A DNA stretch of 64,000 nucleotides from Candidatus Bathyarchaeota archaeon (GTDB lineage: Archaea; Thermoproteota; Bathyarchaeia; TCS64): the NCBI GenBank assembly GCA_018396865.1, contig JAGTRB010000010.1:7967-71966 (forward strand), in the 5' to 3' direction. This document shows, one piece after another, positions 17,833 through 28,452 of the stretch (positions within the stretch are counted from its first letter, which is position 1; each line of letters begins with the position of its first letter). The translations under genes and the position numbers were made by a program. The notes beneath the pieces are model-generated. The model was given only the letters and a program-made list of their open reading frames with translations. It ran no database searches and was not told the origin of the DNA.

Positions 17833-19071
17833 TTGGCTAAGAAGAAGGTTGTCCTAGCCTACTCGGGAGGCCTAGACACCTCGGTCTCTGTTAAGTGGAT
17901 CCAGGAGAGGTACGACAGCGATGTGATAACCGTCACTGTCGATGTGGGCCAGGGGAAGGACATGAAGGCGATAGAGGAGAAGGCCTGGAGCCTCGGAGTC
18001 CTGAACCATTATTCCATAGACGCGAAGGAGGAGTTCGTAGAGGAGTATGTGGTCCCAGCAATTAAGGCGAACGCCCTCTACATGGATGCCTACCCGGTCA
18101 GCAGCTCCCTGTCCAGACCTCTGATAGCCTCGAAGCTGGTCGAGGTTGCGGAGAAGGAGGGGGCCCAGGCCGTCGCCCACGGATGCACAGGCAAGGGGAA
18201 CGACCAGGTGAGGTTCGACGTCACAATAAAGGCGTTAAACCCAAGCCTCGAGATAATAGCCCCGGTGAGGGAGTGGAGCATGACCAGGGATAAGGAGATA
18301 GAGTGGGCCATGGAGAGGGGCATACCCATACCCGTCACGGTGAAGTCCCCGTACAGCATAGACCAGAACATATGGGGGAGATCCATAGAGTGCGGCGTCC
18401 TTGAATACCCAGATGTGGAGCCACCGAGCGAGATCTTCGAGTGGACAAAGCCGATAGAGGAGACACCAGACAAGCCGGACTACATAAAGATAGGCTTCGA
18501 GAAGGGGAAGCCGACCACCCTTAACGGGGAGAAGATGAACACCCTGAGCCTGATAGAGAAGATCCAATCCATAGCCGGGGAGCACGGAGTAGGCCGGATA
18601 GACCACATGGAGGATAGGATAGTCGGGATAAAGTCTAGGGAGGTTTATGAGGCCCCTGCGGCTACGGTCATAATAAAGGCCCACACAGACCTCGAGAAGA
18701 TGGTCCTCACGAGGCATGAGAAGCTCTTCAAGCGCCACGTGGACCACGAATGGGCCGTGCTGGCATATGTAGGCCTATGGGTGGACCCCCTCAAGGAGGC
18801 CTTAGACGCCTTCATAGAGAAGACCCAGGAGAGGGTGACAGGGGAGGTGACCTTGAAGCTCTTCAAGGGGAACGCGCAGGTCACGGGGAGGAGCTCGCCA
18901 TACTCGCTATACGATCTGAGCCTAGCCACATACGATATATCAACGACCTTCGACCAGACCGCTGCCCAAGGGTTCATAAAGCTGTGGGGCCTCCCAACCG
19001 TCACCGCCTGGGCTTTGAAAAGGAAGCTCGGGGCCTCCTCGTGTGTTAAAGGGGTGGAGGCCACCAGGTAA
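17833..19071 (+). CDS. argG: argininosuccinate synthase
   Basis: PP-loop AYSGGLDTS and full-length similarity to ArgG; TTG start. Confidence 0.95.
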   Translation: MAKKKVVLAYSGGLDTSVSVKWIQERYDSDVITVTVDVGQGKDMKAIEEKAWSLGVLNHYSIDAKEEFVEEYVVPAIKANALYMDAYPVSSSLSRPLIASKLVEVAEKEGAQAVAHGCTGKGNDQVRFDVTIKALNPSLEIIAPVREWSMTRDKEIEWAMERGIPIPVTVKSPYSIDQNIWGRSIECGVLEYPDVEPPSEIFEWTKPIEETPDKPDYIKIGFEKGKPTTLNGEKMNTLSLIEKIQSIAGEHGVGRIDHMEDRIVGIKSREVYEAPAATVIIKAHTDLEKMVLTRHEKLFKRHVDHEWAVLAYVGLWVDPLKEALDAFIEKTQERVTGEVTLKLFKGNAQVTGRSSPYSLYDLSLATYDISTTFDQTAAQGFIKLWGLPTVTAWALKRKLGASSCVKGVEATR

Positions 19072-20008
19072 AGGGGTTACGGGGCTCTATATGGTTAGGC
19101 ATCTGCTCAGCGACCTCGACCTCTCAAGGGAGGAGGTTCTTGAGATACTAGACCTTTCAGAGAGGATCAAACTCAACCCCGCGAAGTATGGGAGATCCCT
19201 CGAGGGGAAGGTCCTGATAATGCTCTTCGAACTCCCATCACTGAGGACCCACGTCTCCTTCGACGCCGGGATGGCCCAGCTTGGAGGGCACGCGATATTC
19301 TACGACATCAAGGGAGGGGGCTTCACAAGGGGGGAAGGGCTGGAGGATGGCGTGAAGGTGCTAAGCAGATACGGTGATTGTATAATGGCCAGGGTGTTGA
19401 GGCAGAGGGATATGGAGAGGATAGGGGCGGCCGCAACCGTGCCGGTGATAAATGGGATGACGGAGAGGTATCACCCATGCCAGAACCTGGCCGACCTATT
19501 GACCATAAGGGAGGCTAAAGGTGGCCTAGAGGGGTTGAGGATAGCCTACGTCGGCGACGGGGGATGCAACACCGCAAACTCGACGATGATCGGGTGCTCA
19601 TCTGTCGGAATGGAGGTGGCGGTTGTCTGCCCTGATAACCCCAGATACAGCCCTGATCCGGAGATCCTCAAGCTCGTGGAGAAACATTCAGGTAGGAGGG
19701 TCATGGTCTTCCACGATCCCCATGAGGGAGTGAAGGGAGCTGATGTCGTATACACGGATGTATGGGTGAGCGCAGGGATGGAGGAGGAGAAGGAGGAGAG
19801 GATGAAGGTCTTCCCGCCATACCAGGTAAACGAGGAGCTCCTATCCCACGCTGAGCCAGACTGCATCGTCATGCACTGCTTACCGGCCCACAGGGGCTTT
19901 GAGATCACAAGTGAGGTGATGGACTCCCCAAGATCTGTCGTCTTCGACCAGGCGGAGAACAGGATGCACGCCCAGAAGGGCCTCCTCTACTGGCTGCTCA
20001 AGAAGTGA
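19043..20008 (+). CDS. argF: ornithine carbamoyltransferase
   Basis: STRTR-like SLRTHVSF and the HCLP motif (MHCLPAHRG). The true start is probably the downstream M (MVRHLL..). Confidence 0.85.
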   Translation: MLKGWRPPGKGVTGLYMVRHLLSDLDLSREEVLEILDLSERIKLNPAKYGRSLEGKVLIMLFELPSLRTHVSFDAGMAQLGGHAIFYDIKGGGFTRGEGLEDGVKVLSRYGDCIMARVLRQRDMERIGAAATVPVINGMTERYHPCQNLADLLTIREAKGGLEGLRIAYVGDGGCNTANSTMIGCSSVGMEVAVVCPDNPRYSPDPEILKLVEKHSGRRVMVFHDPHEGVKGADVVYTDVWVSAGMEEEKEERMKVFPPYQVNEELLSHAEPDCIVMHCLPAHRGFEITSEVMDSPRSVVFDQAENRMHAQKGLLYWLLKK

Positions 20009-20193
20009 CATCGAATCGATATTTCCATTTCCCCTCCCTTCACTGTTTTTCTCCTCAAAACATCGGTATTCTCATCTACATACCCTCTAGGATAGGCAGT
20101 AGATGAACCCAGTTTAGCCCGCAAGGGTTAACCCAGCCGGAGACGTTTTTATGTCTCCTCTCCCCTATTAACCTGCTCTAAGCTGGGATTCTC

Positions 20194-20517
20194 TTGTCCA
20201 GGGAGAGGGAACTCATAGAGATATTGGAGAAGGCGTTGCCATTCCCCCCGAAGGTCATTCTGGGCTATGCGAATCTCAACTCCTCCTTCACGAGCGGGGA
20301 TCTAGCCAGGATATGCGGAATATCCACATCCTCGGCGAAGTTCTATCTGGGGAAGATGGTTGAGCTCAGGATGGTGACGAGGATACCACATAGGAAGAGG
20401 TATCAAAAGTACTCCAACGCCAAGACCTTCTCGAGCTGGCTTAGGGATCTGATAAAGCTGGCTCTGGTGCCCCTAGAGTCCGGGATCCTTAAGATACCTG
20501 ATGAGGCTGGAGAATAG
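20194..20517 (+). CDS. winged-helix DNA-binding protein (MarR/ArsR-like)
   Basis: HTH segment GDLARICGISTSSAKFYLGKMVE; 107 aa. Confidence 0.55.
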   Translation: MSRERELIEILEKALPFPPKVILGYANLNSSFTSGDLARICGISTSSAKFYLGKMVELRMVTRIPHRKRYQKYSNAKTFSSWLRDLIKLALVPLESGILKIPDEAGE

Positions 20518-20519
20518 CC

Positions 20520-20996
20520 ATGTCCCTGAGGGAGCTGGCGAAGGGGAGGAGCTCGGCCCGCCGGGGAGGGAGGCTACTTTCAGGGAGGGAGGTGAGGAGG
20601 ATGAAGAAGAGGGGATACGACGCCGAGAGGGAGCTCGTCCAGAAGCTCCGGGAGATGGGCTTCGAGGCGGTGAGGATCCCCGTGAGCGCCCCGAGCAGCG
20701 AGCCCCTCCCAGACGTCTTCGCCATCAAGGGGGACATGATCCTCGCCTTCGAGGTCAAGAGCCAGGGGAGCTACACATACTTTAAAAAGGAGCAGGTGGC
20801 GAAGCTCCACGAGTTCCTCAACATCCACCGGCAATATCCAAAGCGGCTCGCGGTGCTGGCCGCCAAGTTCAGATACAAGGGGTGGGCCTTCATAATAACC
20901 GAGAAGCCGATGGACTACTCCATAAGGATGGGGGGAGGAATGAGCTTGAGAGAACTCTTGAGGAGGATATCTCAGGGAAAGTCAGCCCAAGACTAG
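20520..20996 (+). CDS. hjc: Holliday junction resolvase Hjc
   Basis: YDAERELVQKL...DVFAIKG..LAFEVKS matches the Hjc catalytic core. The Arg-rich N-terminal extension suggests the true start may be the internal Met near 20601. Confidence 0.85.
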   Translation: MSLRELAKGRSSARRGGRLLSGREVRRMKKRGYDAERELVQKLREMGFEAVRIPVSAPSSEPLPDVFAIKGDMILAFEVKSQGSYTYFKKEQVAKLHEFLNIHRQYPKRLAVLAAKFRYKGWAFIITEKPMDYSIRMGGGMSLRELLRRISQGKSAQD

Positions 20997-21006
20997 ATGG
21001 CATCAG

Positions 21007-21033
21007 ATTTTAATTAAGTTTTTTAATTAAAAT
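21007..21033. terminator. perfect 11-bp inverted repeat (ATTTTAATTAA-GTTTT-TTAATTAAAAT) between hjc and lon
   Basis: The palindrome is visible directly and contains a T6 run. It is a candidate terminator or operator. Confidence 0.4.
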
Positions 21034-21046
21034 GTAGACGGCGTGG

Positions 21047-23434
21047 TTGATATTGGTTAGAGAACTCCCTTATAATGAGGCTACGGTGAGGCTCCCCGAG
21101 GGATTATTAACCTGTACCTCCGCCGAGATGCCTCCCCTAGGGGAGATAATAGGGCAGGAGCAGGCTGTGAGAGCCCTAAGGTTCGGCCTTAAGACTAGGG
21201 GAAGAGGGTTCAACGTCTATGTGGCGGGTATGCCCGGAACGGGGAGAAAAACGGCCATCTCCAACTTCCTCGAGGAGATGGCTAAGGGCATGCCAGTCCC
21301 CAATGACTGGTGCTACGTATACAACTTCAGGGATCCCATGAGGCCGAGGGCCCTTAAGCTACCCCCGGGCATGGGGAGGGAACTCAAAGGGGATATGGAG
21401 AAGTTCGTCTCCGAGGCTAGGAAGGCCCTAACCACGGCCTTCGAGAGCCAAGAGTACGCCAGGAGGAGGGAGGAGATCGTGGACGCCCTCCAGAGGGAGA
21501 GCGGCGAGCTGGCTGAGGAGCTCGACAGGCTGGCTAAGAGGGAGGGATTCATCCTGCAGAGGTCTCCCATCGGGTTCCTGATGATACCCGTCCTGGATGG
21601 CAGGCCTGTGACGGAGCAGGAGTTCGGGCTCCTCCCCCCAGCCCTCAGGAGGGAGATCCAGTCAAGGCGTGAGGCGCTTGAGGATAAGGTCAGGGTTTTT
21701 CTGGGCCGGTTGAGGGAGGCCGAGAGGAGGGTTGACGAGGCCGTGAGGGAGCTTAACAGAAAGGTCGCCATCTTCGCGATGGAGCCCCTCATCAACTCCC
21801 TAATGGAGAAGTACGGCTCCCTTGGAGAGGTCAAGGATTACCTGATGGAGGTTCACTCTGACATCTTGGAGAACCTGCCCCTCATCCTTGGAAAGGGTAA
21901 GGAGCAGCAGAGGATCACCTTCCAGATACCTGAGATAATGGAGGATCCCACTGAGCGATACAGGGTAAACCTGATAGTGGATAACTCGAGTCTTAAGGGT
22001 GCCCCGGTGGTCATGGAGCTCAACCCGACCTATCAGAACCTCTTCGGGAAGATCGAGAAGGAGGCGAGATTCGGCGTCCTAATAACGGACTACACGATGA
22101 TCAGGTGCGGCTCGGCCCACAGGGCTAATGGCGGGTTCCTGGTGTTACCGGCCGAGGACCTGCTCGCAAATCCCCTATCCTGGGAGGGGCTGAAGAGGGC
22201 AATGATGAGCTATAGCCTAGAGATAGAGGAGATACCTGAGAGGCTCGGATTCTGGACCGCGAAGACGTTGAGGCCTGAGCCTATCCCCTTCCACGCGAAG
22301 GTCATCCTCATAGGGAGCCCCTGGCTATACCACCTCCTCTACGTGCTGGACAGGGACTTCAAGGAGCTCTTCAAGGTCAAGGCAGAGTTCGACACGACCA
22401 TGGAGAGGAATGAGGAGAACATAAGGAAGTATGCATCCTTCATATGCACACTCTGCAGGAAGGAGGGGCTGAGACACCTCGACCCATCGGGGATAGCCGC
22501 CATAATAGACTACAGCTCAAGGCTCGCCTCGGATAAGAGGAAGCTCTCAACCCTCTTCGCAAACGTCTCCGATATTATAAGAGAGGCGGACTTCTACGCG
22601 TCTGAGGAGGGGGCTGAGTACATATCTAGGATGCATGTGGAGAGAGCCCTTGAGGAGAGGGTCTACAGGTCAAGCCTCATCCAGAGGAAGATAGAGGAGA
22701 TGATAGCTAGGGGGATACTCCTAATAGATACAGAGGGGGAGGCGGTTGGGCAGGTAAACGGCCTATCGGTCATAGACCTTGGAGACTACAGCTTCGGGAG
22801 GCCCAGCAGGGTTACAGCCACGGTCGGGCTGGGTAGGGAGGGAGTTATAGACATAGAGAGGGAGGCGAGGATGGGGGGGCCCATCCACACAAAGGGGGTG
22901 ATGATACTATCTGGCTTCCTTAACGAGAGGTATGCGAGGGATAAACCCCTAAGCCTGAGCGCGAGGCTCGTCTTCGAGCAGAGCTACTCCGGGGTCGAGG
23001 GCGACAGCGCATCGAGCGCGGAGCTATACGCCATCCTATCAGCCCTATCAGGGGTTCCTATAAAGCAGTACCTCGCCGTGACGGGATCCGTCAACCAGAA
23101 GGGGGAGATCCAGGCCATCGGCGGGGTCAACGAGAAGGTAGAGGGGTTCTACCAAGTCTGCAAGGCGAAGGGGCTTAATGGGAGGCATGGAGTCGTCATA
23201 CCTGAGAGCAATGTCCAGAACCTCGTATTAAGGGAGGAGGTGGTTGATGCGATAAGGAGGGGGATGTTCCATATATACCCCGTCAGGACCATAGATGAGG
23301 GGATCGAGATACTAACAGGCCTGAAGGCGGGGGAGAGGAGGCCAGATGGATCCTTCGAGGAGGGAACGATAAACTATCTCGTCCAGAAGAGGCTGGAGGA
23401 GATGGCGGAGGCCATAAAGGAGTACCCAGCCTGA
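21047..23434 (+). CDS. Lon-related ATP-dependent protease (AAA+ module plus S16 Ser-Lys dyad domain), soluble type
   Basis: Walker A GMPGTGRKT and a C-terminal S16 catalytic region (GDSASSAELYAILSAL..). No obvious TM helices; 795 aa. Confidence 0.75.
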   Translation: MILVRELPYNEATVRLPEGLLTCTSAEMPPLGEIIGQEQAVRALRFGLKTRGRGFNVYVAGMPGTGRKTAISNFLEEMAKGMPVPNDWCYVYNFRDPMRPRALKLPPGMGRELKGDMEKFVSEARKALTTAFESQEYARRREEIVDALQRESGELAEELDRLAKREGFILQRSPIGFLMIPVLDGRPVTEQEFGLLPPALRREIQSRREALEDKVRVFLGRLREAERRVDEAVRELNRKVAIFAMEPLINSLMEKYGSLGEVKDYLMEVHSDILENLPLILGKGKEQQRITFQIPEIMEDPTERYRVNLIVDNSSLKGAPVVMELNPTYQNLFGKIEKEARFGVLITDYTMIRCGSAHRANGGFLVLPAEDLLANPLSWEGLKRAMMSYSLEIEEIPERLGFWTAKTLRPEPIPFHAKVILIGSPWLYHLLYVLDRDFKELFKVKAEFDTTMERNEENIRKYASFICTLCRKEGLRHLDPSGIAAIIDYSSRLASDKRKLSTLFANVSDIIREADFYASEEGAEYISRMHVERALEERVYRSSLIQRKIEEMIARGILLIDTEGEAVGQVNGLSVIDLGDYSFGRPSRVTATVGLGREGVIDIEREARMGGPIHTKGVMILSGFLNERYARDKPLSLSARLVFEQSYSGVEGDSASSAELYAILSALSGVPIKQYLAVTGSVNQKGEIQAIGGVNEKVEGFYQVCKAKGLNGRHGVVIPESNVQNLVLREEVVDAIRRGMFHIYPVRTIDEGIEILTGLKAGERRPDGSFEEGTINYLVQKRLEEMAEAIKEYPA

Positions 23435-23480
23435 GATGAAAAGCAAAATTTTTCTCACAGAAACTCTAGGAGACTAATGG

Positions 23481-24398
23481 ATGGAGCAGCTCTACGACGT
23501 CATAGTGGTGGGGGGAGGGCCGGCAGGCCTAACCGCCGGAATGTACACGGCTAGGCACGGCCTGAAGACCCTCATCCTCGACGGAAAGAGGCATGGCGGG
23601 AGGGCATCAGAGGCTGCGCTCATAGATAACTTCCCTGGGTTTCCAGATGGGATATCTGGAAAGGAGCTTATGGAGAGGTTCATAGCCCATACCAGGAGGT
23701 TCAATGCCGAGCTCAAGATAGATAAGATAATTGGCCTCAACCTTCACGGGCAGCCTAAAGAGGTCTACGCGAGGGAGGGGGTCTACAGGGCTAGGGCCAT
23801 AGTGATCGCCACCGGAATCCAGCGCAGGAGGCTGAAGGTTCCGGGGGAGGAGGAGTTCAAGGGGAGGGGGGTCTCCTACTGCACGATATGCGATGGCCCG
23901 TTATTCGAGGGTAAGGTGATAGCCGTAGTCGGCTCGTCTAAAGAGGCTGTTGAGGACACCCTAGCCCTCTCCAAGATTGCTCGGATGATTTACCTCATTC
24001 CCGGCGCTGAGAGGTTGGATAAGGAAACCAGTGGAGAGCTGGCCGTCAACCCGAACATAGAGATCATAGAAGGTAGTGTGGAGTCTATAGGAGGGAGCGA
24101 TATAGTCACCCATATCTGGATAAAGGGGGAAACGAGGAGAAGGCTGGAGGTGGACGGGATTTTCATACTATTAGACCACATCCCGATGATGGATATGCTT
24201 AGAGAGGCGGGGGTAGAGATGGATGAGAGGGGCTGTATAATGGTTGACGGCTATAACCAGACCAATATCTCCGGCGTCTTCGCAGCGGGGGAGTGCACCT
24301 GCGGAGGCGGGATCCAAGTCATAACCGCGGCGGGGGATGGAGCGAGGGCTGGGATATCCGTTATAAGATACCTCCAAACCCAGAGGGGTAGAGGTTAA
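23481..24398 (+). CDS. trxB: thioredoxin reductase (FAD/NADPH-dependent)
   Basis: GGGPAG FAD motif and a CTICDG-like / CTCGG redox context; 305 aa. Confidence 0.8.
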   Translation: MEQLYDVIVVGGGPAGLTAGMYTARHGLKTLILDGKRHGGRASEAALIDNFPGFPDGISGKELMERFIAHTRRFNAELKIDKIIGLNLHGQPKEVYAREGVYRARAIVIATGIQRRRLKVPGEEEFKGRGVSYCTICDGPLFEGKVIAVVGSSKEAVEDTLALSKIARMIYLIPGAERLDKETSGELAVNPNIEIIEGSVESIGGSDIVTHIWIKGETRRRLEVDGIFILLDHIPMMDMLREAGVEMDERGCIMVDGYNQTNISGVFAAGECTCGGGIQVITAAGDGARAGISVIRYLQTQRGRG

Positions 24399-24411
24399 AG
24401 GGAAAGCCTCC

Positions 24412-25779
24412 TCAAAATCTCTCATCAAAACATCTCTTCTTATAAGTTGGAGTTAGAAACCTTCCATATCCTGGTCTGCCCACTATCTTCCCCTCCTCCC
24501 ACACGGTTTTTCCCCTCACAATGGTGAGGATGGGTTTGCCCCTCCCCCTATAGCCCTCGAACGGCGTTATCTTCTGCCTGGAGTGGAGGGCGCCGCCCCT
24601 TATCTCAAACTCGGCTTTTGGATCGACGACCACTAGGTCCGCATCCGAGCCTATCGAGATGCAGCCTTTTCTTGGATAGAGCCCCAGTATCCTGGCCGGA
24701 TTTGTGGAGAGGACCTCCACCATCCTCTCAAGGCTTAGTAGACCCTTATCCACGGAGTCGAGCATCAGTGGTAGGGTCGTCTCCACTCCCACGCCGCCGG
24801 ATGGGGCGTCAAAGATGTCGCTCCATCCCCTCTCCTTCTCCTCCCTGGTGTAGGGGGCATGGTCACTCGCCACTACATCAAGAAGGCCGCTTCCGAGGGC
24901 CTGCCATAAAGCCCTTTGATGTTCAGGCTCCCTCAGGGGTGGGTCGACCTTGCCGTATGGGCCGAGCCTCTTGAGGTCATCTGTAGATAGTAGCAGGTAG
25001 CAGGGGGAGGTCTCGCCTGTCACCTTAACACCTCTCCCCTTGGCCCATGAAAGGAAGCCTAGGGCCTCGGAGGAGGTCATATGGCATATGTGGAGATGAG
25101 CCGAGGCCTCCTCCGCCAGGAGGATGGCCCTCATGGTGGCCTCAGCCTCAGCTAGGGGGGGCCTGAACTCGGAGTGGGCTAGTGGATCCCTCCTGCCTAG
25201 GTTTCTAGCCCTCTCTATACCCCTGGAGACAAGCTCCTCATTCTCGGCGTGGACCAGGCAGGGGAGCCCAGTCTCGGCTATTAGGAGAAGGTTCTCAAGC
25301 ATATCGGCGTCTGAGACGGCTAGCTCCTTAAACCTAGAGATCATGAACATCTTATAGGCTATGGCCCCCTCCGCCGCTAGGGGTTTTATCTCCTCCCTGC
25401 TCATCGATCCTGCCCCGGCCACTAGGGCGAAGTCTACATAAGCCTTCCCCTCAACTATCCTCCTCTTCTCCCTCAACCTCTCAGCGGAGGTCACGGGGGG
25501 AGCGGTATTCGGCATCTCGACGACGGTTGTCACGCCACCAGCCGCCGCCGACATCGTGCCGGTCTCGAAGTCCTCCCTCTCAGGCGATCCCGGATCCCTG
25601 AAGTGAACATGCATATCTATCATCCCCGGGAGGACAAGTTTACCATCCACGTCTAGTATCCTCCCCCCCTCTGGGGCTCCCCTGCCCATCCAGGCTATCT
25701 TCCCATCCTCAACACCTATCGAGGCATTCACAAGGCCGTATGGAGTATACACAATCCCATTCCGTACTACCAGATCCAA
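24412..25779 (-). CDS. cyclic amidohydrolase (dihydroorotase / allantoinase / dihydropyrimidinase family)
   Basis: DMHVHFRDPG metal-binding motif; 455 aa. Confidence 0.75.
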   Translation of the reverse strand: MDLVVRNGIVYTPYGLVNASIGVEDGKIAWMGRGAPEGGRILDVDGKLVLPGMIDMHVHFRDPGSPEREDFETGTMSAAAGGVTTVVEMPNTAPPVTSAERLREKRRIVEGKAYVDFALVAGAGSMSREEIKPLAAEGAIAYKMFMISRFKELAVSDADMLENLLLIAETGLPCLVHAENEELVSRGIERARNLGRRDPLAHSEFRPPLAEAEATMRAILLAEEASAHLHICHMTSSEALGFLSWAKGRGVKVTGETSPCYLLLSTDDLKRLGPYGKVDPPLREPEHQRALWQALGSGLLDVVASDHAPYTREEKERGWSDIFDAPSGGVGVETTLPLMLDSVDKGLLSLERMVEVLSTNPARILGLYPRKGCISIGSDADLVVVDPKAEFEIRGGALHSRQKITPFEGYRGRGKPILTIVRGKTVWEEGKIVGRPGYGRFLTPTYKKRCFDERF

Positions 25780-26005
25780 CCCTATCCCCAGCTATTCGAT
25801 TAAACCCTTAATCAATCTTTGGACCACCTCTAAACATGTTAAAGCTAGATCATCCTAAGATGAAGAAGAGAGCCAGGGTTATGGGACCTGATGGGGTCGA
25901 CATCCATTCGAGGCTCCAGAGAAAATTGAGAAGGCAAGCACAAGAGGGCTGAGATGATCCCCAGGAAAGGGATAAAAATCCGGCGCATCCCTGCTTTGAT
26001 GACGA

Positions 26006-26938
26006 GTGTTGTCGAGTGAGGATGAGATACTAGACGTCCTGGAGCGTGTTATTAGGAGCGTTGTCCATGTAAACACCGTGAGGGTTCTCAGGGACAGGTT
26101 CTATAGGCCCATGCCCCTCAGGGGGATGGGGAGCGGCTTCGTAGTAGAGCAGGGTGGGTTGATAGTCACCAACGCCCATGTGGTTAGAGGGGCGGAGAAG
26201 ATCGGGGTGATCCTACACGACAGAACCCTACTAGAGGGGAGCATAATCGGGGAGTGCCAGAGCATAGACACCGCGGTGATAAGGGTTGACTCCAAGGGGC
26301 TTGAGGCCGCTGAACTAGGAGATTCGGATAGGTTAAGGGTTGGGCAGAGGGTTTACGCCATAGGCAACCCATTCGGGCTTGAGGGGGGGCCAACGGTCAC
26401 ATCAGGGGTTGTCAGCGCCCTGAACAGGTCGATACATAGCGGCGAGTTATCGCTTGCCAACCTGGTCCAGACGGATGCCCCGATAAACCCTGGAAACAGC
26501 GGTGGCCCATTGGTCGATACCAGGGGTAGGGTGGTGGCAATGAACACTGCGATCATACCCTACGCCCAGGGCATCGGGTTCGCCATCCCCATAAACACCG
26601 TGAAGGAGTGCCTTGACCAGATAAGAACCTATGGGAGGTTCCTGACCCCCTGGCTCGGGGTGTACGGGCTCACCTTGAACCCCCAGCTGGCCTCCTACTA
26701 TGGCGTCGCGGCCTACTCCGGGTTCCTGGTCACCAACATAATCCCGGGAGGTCCAGCCCATAAGGCGGGCCTAGAGGCCGGTGATGTAATCCTAGCCATA
26801 GATGGAAGTAGGATAATGGATGTTGATGATCTTAGGAGGGAGATCGCCCGCAAGAGGGTGGGAGACCATGTGAGGGTTGAGCTCCTCAGGGATGGACATA
26901 GGAAAATTATCGATATGGTTATAGAGGGGAGGAGGTAA
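26006..26938 (+). CDS. HtrA/DegP-family trypsin-like serine protease with C-terminal PDZ domain
   Basis: GNSGGPL catalytic-serine motif and a PDZ-like C-terminus. Confidence 0.8.
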   Translation: MLSSEDEILDVLERVIRSVVHVNTVRVLRDRFYRPMPLRGMGSGFVVEQGGLIVTNAHVVRGAEKIGVILHDRTLLEGSIIGECQSIDTAVIRVDSKGLEAAELGDSDRLRVGQRVYAIGNPFGLEGGPTVTSGVVSALNRSIHSGELSLANLVQTDAPINPGNSGGPLVDTRGRVVAMNTAIIPYAQGIGFAIPINTVKECLDQIRTYGRFLTPWLGVYGLTLNPQLASYYGVAAYSGFLVTNIIPGGPAHKAGLEAGDVILAIDGSRIMDVDDLRREIARKRVGDHVRVELLRDGHRKIIDMVIEGRR

Positions 26939-26968
26939 GAGTAAGAAGGCCTGGAGCTGATAATCTGC

Positions 26969-28279
26969 TTGAAGTATTCCATTTCGAGGATTAAGGGTAG
27001 GGAGATCCTGGACTCTAGGGGAGAGCCCACCATAGAGGTTGATGTCTACACGGAGGGGGGCGCCATAGGAAGAGCCGCGGTGCCCAGCGGGATCTCAAGG
27101 GGAAGATATGAGGCCTTTGAGCTTAGGGATGGTGGAGCTAGATACCATGGAAAGGGGGTCCTCAGGGCTGTTGCATCCGTCAACGAGGTGATCGCCCCCC
27201 ACCTCATTGGGGAGGATGTCAGGGATCAGCTGAGGATAGATAATATCATGATAGAGCTGGATGGAACCCCTGACAAGTCCAGGCTAGGCGCAAACGCCAT
27301 CCTGGGAGTGTCCCTGGCCTGCGCGAAGGCGGCCGCCGAGGCGGAGGGAAAACCACTATACACGTATATAGGGGGTGGCGATGCATGCCTCCTACCCATC
27401 CCCCTCTTCAACGTCATCAACGGTGGTCTGCACGCTGGGAACAACCTCGAGTTCCAGGAGTTCCTCATCCTCCCAGAGAGGGCTGAGAGCTTCAGCGAGG
27501 CCTTGAGGATAGGCTCCGAGATCCACCACGAGTTGAGGAGGATCCTATCCTCAAGGCATGGGAGGGCCGCGACAAACCTCGGAGATGAGGGGGGCTTCAG
27601 CCCACCGTTGAGCCGGCCTGAGGAGGCATTGGAGGCGATCTCAGAGGCCGTCTCGGAGGCTGGATACGGGGATGTCACCTCCCTAGCCCTGGACGCGGCC
27701 GCCTCAAACTTCTACAGGCCGGGAGAGGGGTACAACCTCATGGGGAGGCGCCTCGACCGGGGGGAGCTCCTCGACTATTATGGAGAGCTGGTTGAGAAGT
27801 TCCATCTGGTCTCGCTGGAGGATCCCTTCCACGAGGAGGATTTCGAGGGATTCGCGGAGGCGAGGAATACCCTTTCAATACAGATAGTTGGAGACGACCT
27901 CTTCACAACAAGTCCAGATCGATTGAGGAGGGGGATAGAGGCGGGGGCGGCGGATGCCCTGCTGCTGAAGGTGAACCAGATTGGAACCCTCAGCGAGGCC
28001 CTCCTGGTGGCGAGGATAGCAAGAGGGCATGGCTACAACATCATAACCTCCCACAGGTCAGGGGATACAGAGGACACCCTCATAGCAGACCTCGCTGTGG
28101 GGATAGGCTGCGGCCAGATAAAGGCGGGGGCCCCATGTAGGGGTGAACGCACAGCGAAGTATAACCGGCTTCTCAGGATCGAGGAGGAACTCGGATCCGC
28201 AGCCAGATATCCAAGAGGATTATCCAGCCTTAGGGGGCTGAACCTCCAAGCCTCAGGCCTCCTAGCCCAAATACGCTGA
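26969..28279 (+). CDS. eno: enolase (phosphopyruvate hydratase)
   Basis: Full-length enolase signatures (REILDSRGEPT, SHRSGDTEDT). Confidence 0.95.
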   Translation: MKYSISRIKGREILDSRGEPTIEVDVYTEGGAIGRAAVPSGISRGRYEAFELRDGGARYHGKGVLRAVASVNEVIAPHLIGEDVRDQLRIDNIMIELDGTPDKSRLGANAILGVSLACAKAAAEAEGKPLYTYIGGGDACLLPIPLFNVINGGLHAGNNLEFQEFLILPERAESFSEALRIGSEIHHELRRILSSRHGRAATNLGDEGGFSPPLSRPEEALEAISEAVSEAGYGDVTSLALDAAASNFYRPGEGYNLMGRRLDRGELLDYYGELVEKFHLVSLEDPFHEEDFEGFAEARNTLSIQIVGDDLFTTSPDRLRRGIEAGAADALLLKVNQIGTLSEALLVARIARGHGYNIITSHRSGDTEDTLIADLAVGIGCGQIKAGAPCRGERTAKYNRLLRIEEELGSAARYPRGLSSLRGLNLQASGLLAQIR

Positions 28280-28452
28280 AATCATTAAAGCCTCAAATAT
28301 TCGCGGCGAGGTTCACTCCCTTTGGGATAAACAAACCCTGATCTACTAATTTAATCGGAGTGGATCCGGATACATCCAGGGCCTGAAGGCCTATGATAGT
28401 GTTATATAGTTTTTGAAAGTTTCTTGATGGATCTGTTTAGGGGGATTCAACT

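Noticed and set aside
20501-20834. Overlapping ORFs (94 aa plus strand, 84 aa minus strand) at the 5' end of hjc
   Set aside because: These are alternative frames of the Arg/Glu-rich region. Hjc homology clearly identifies the frame starting at 20520.
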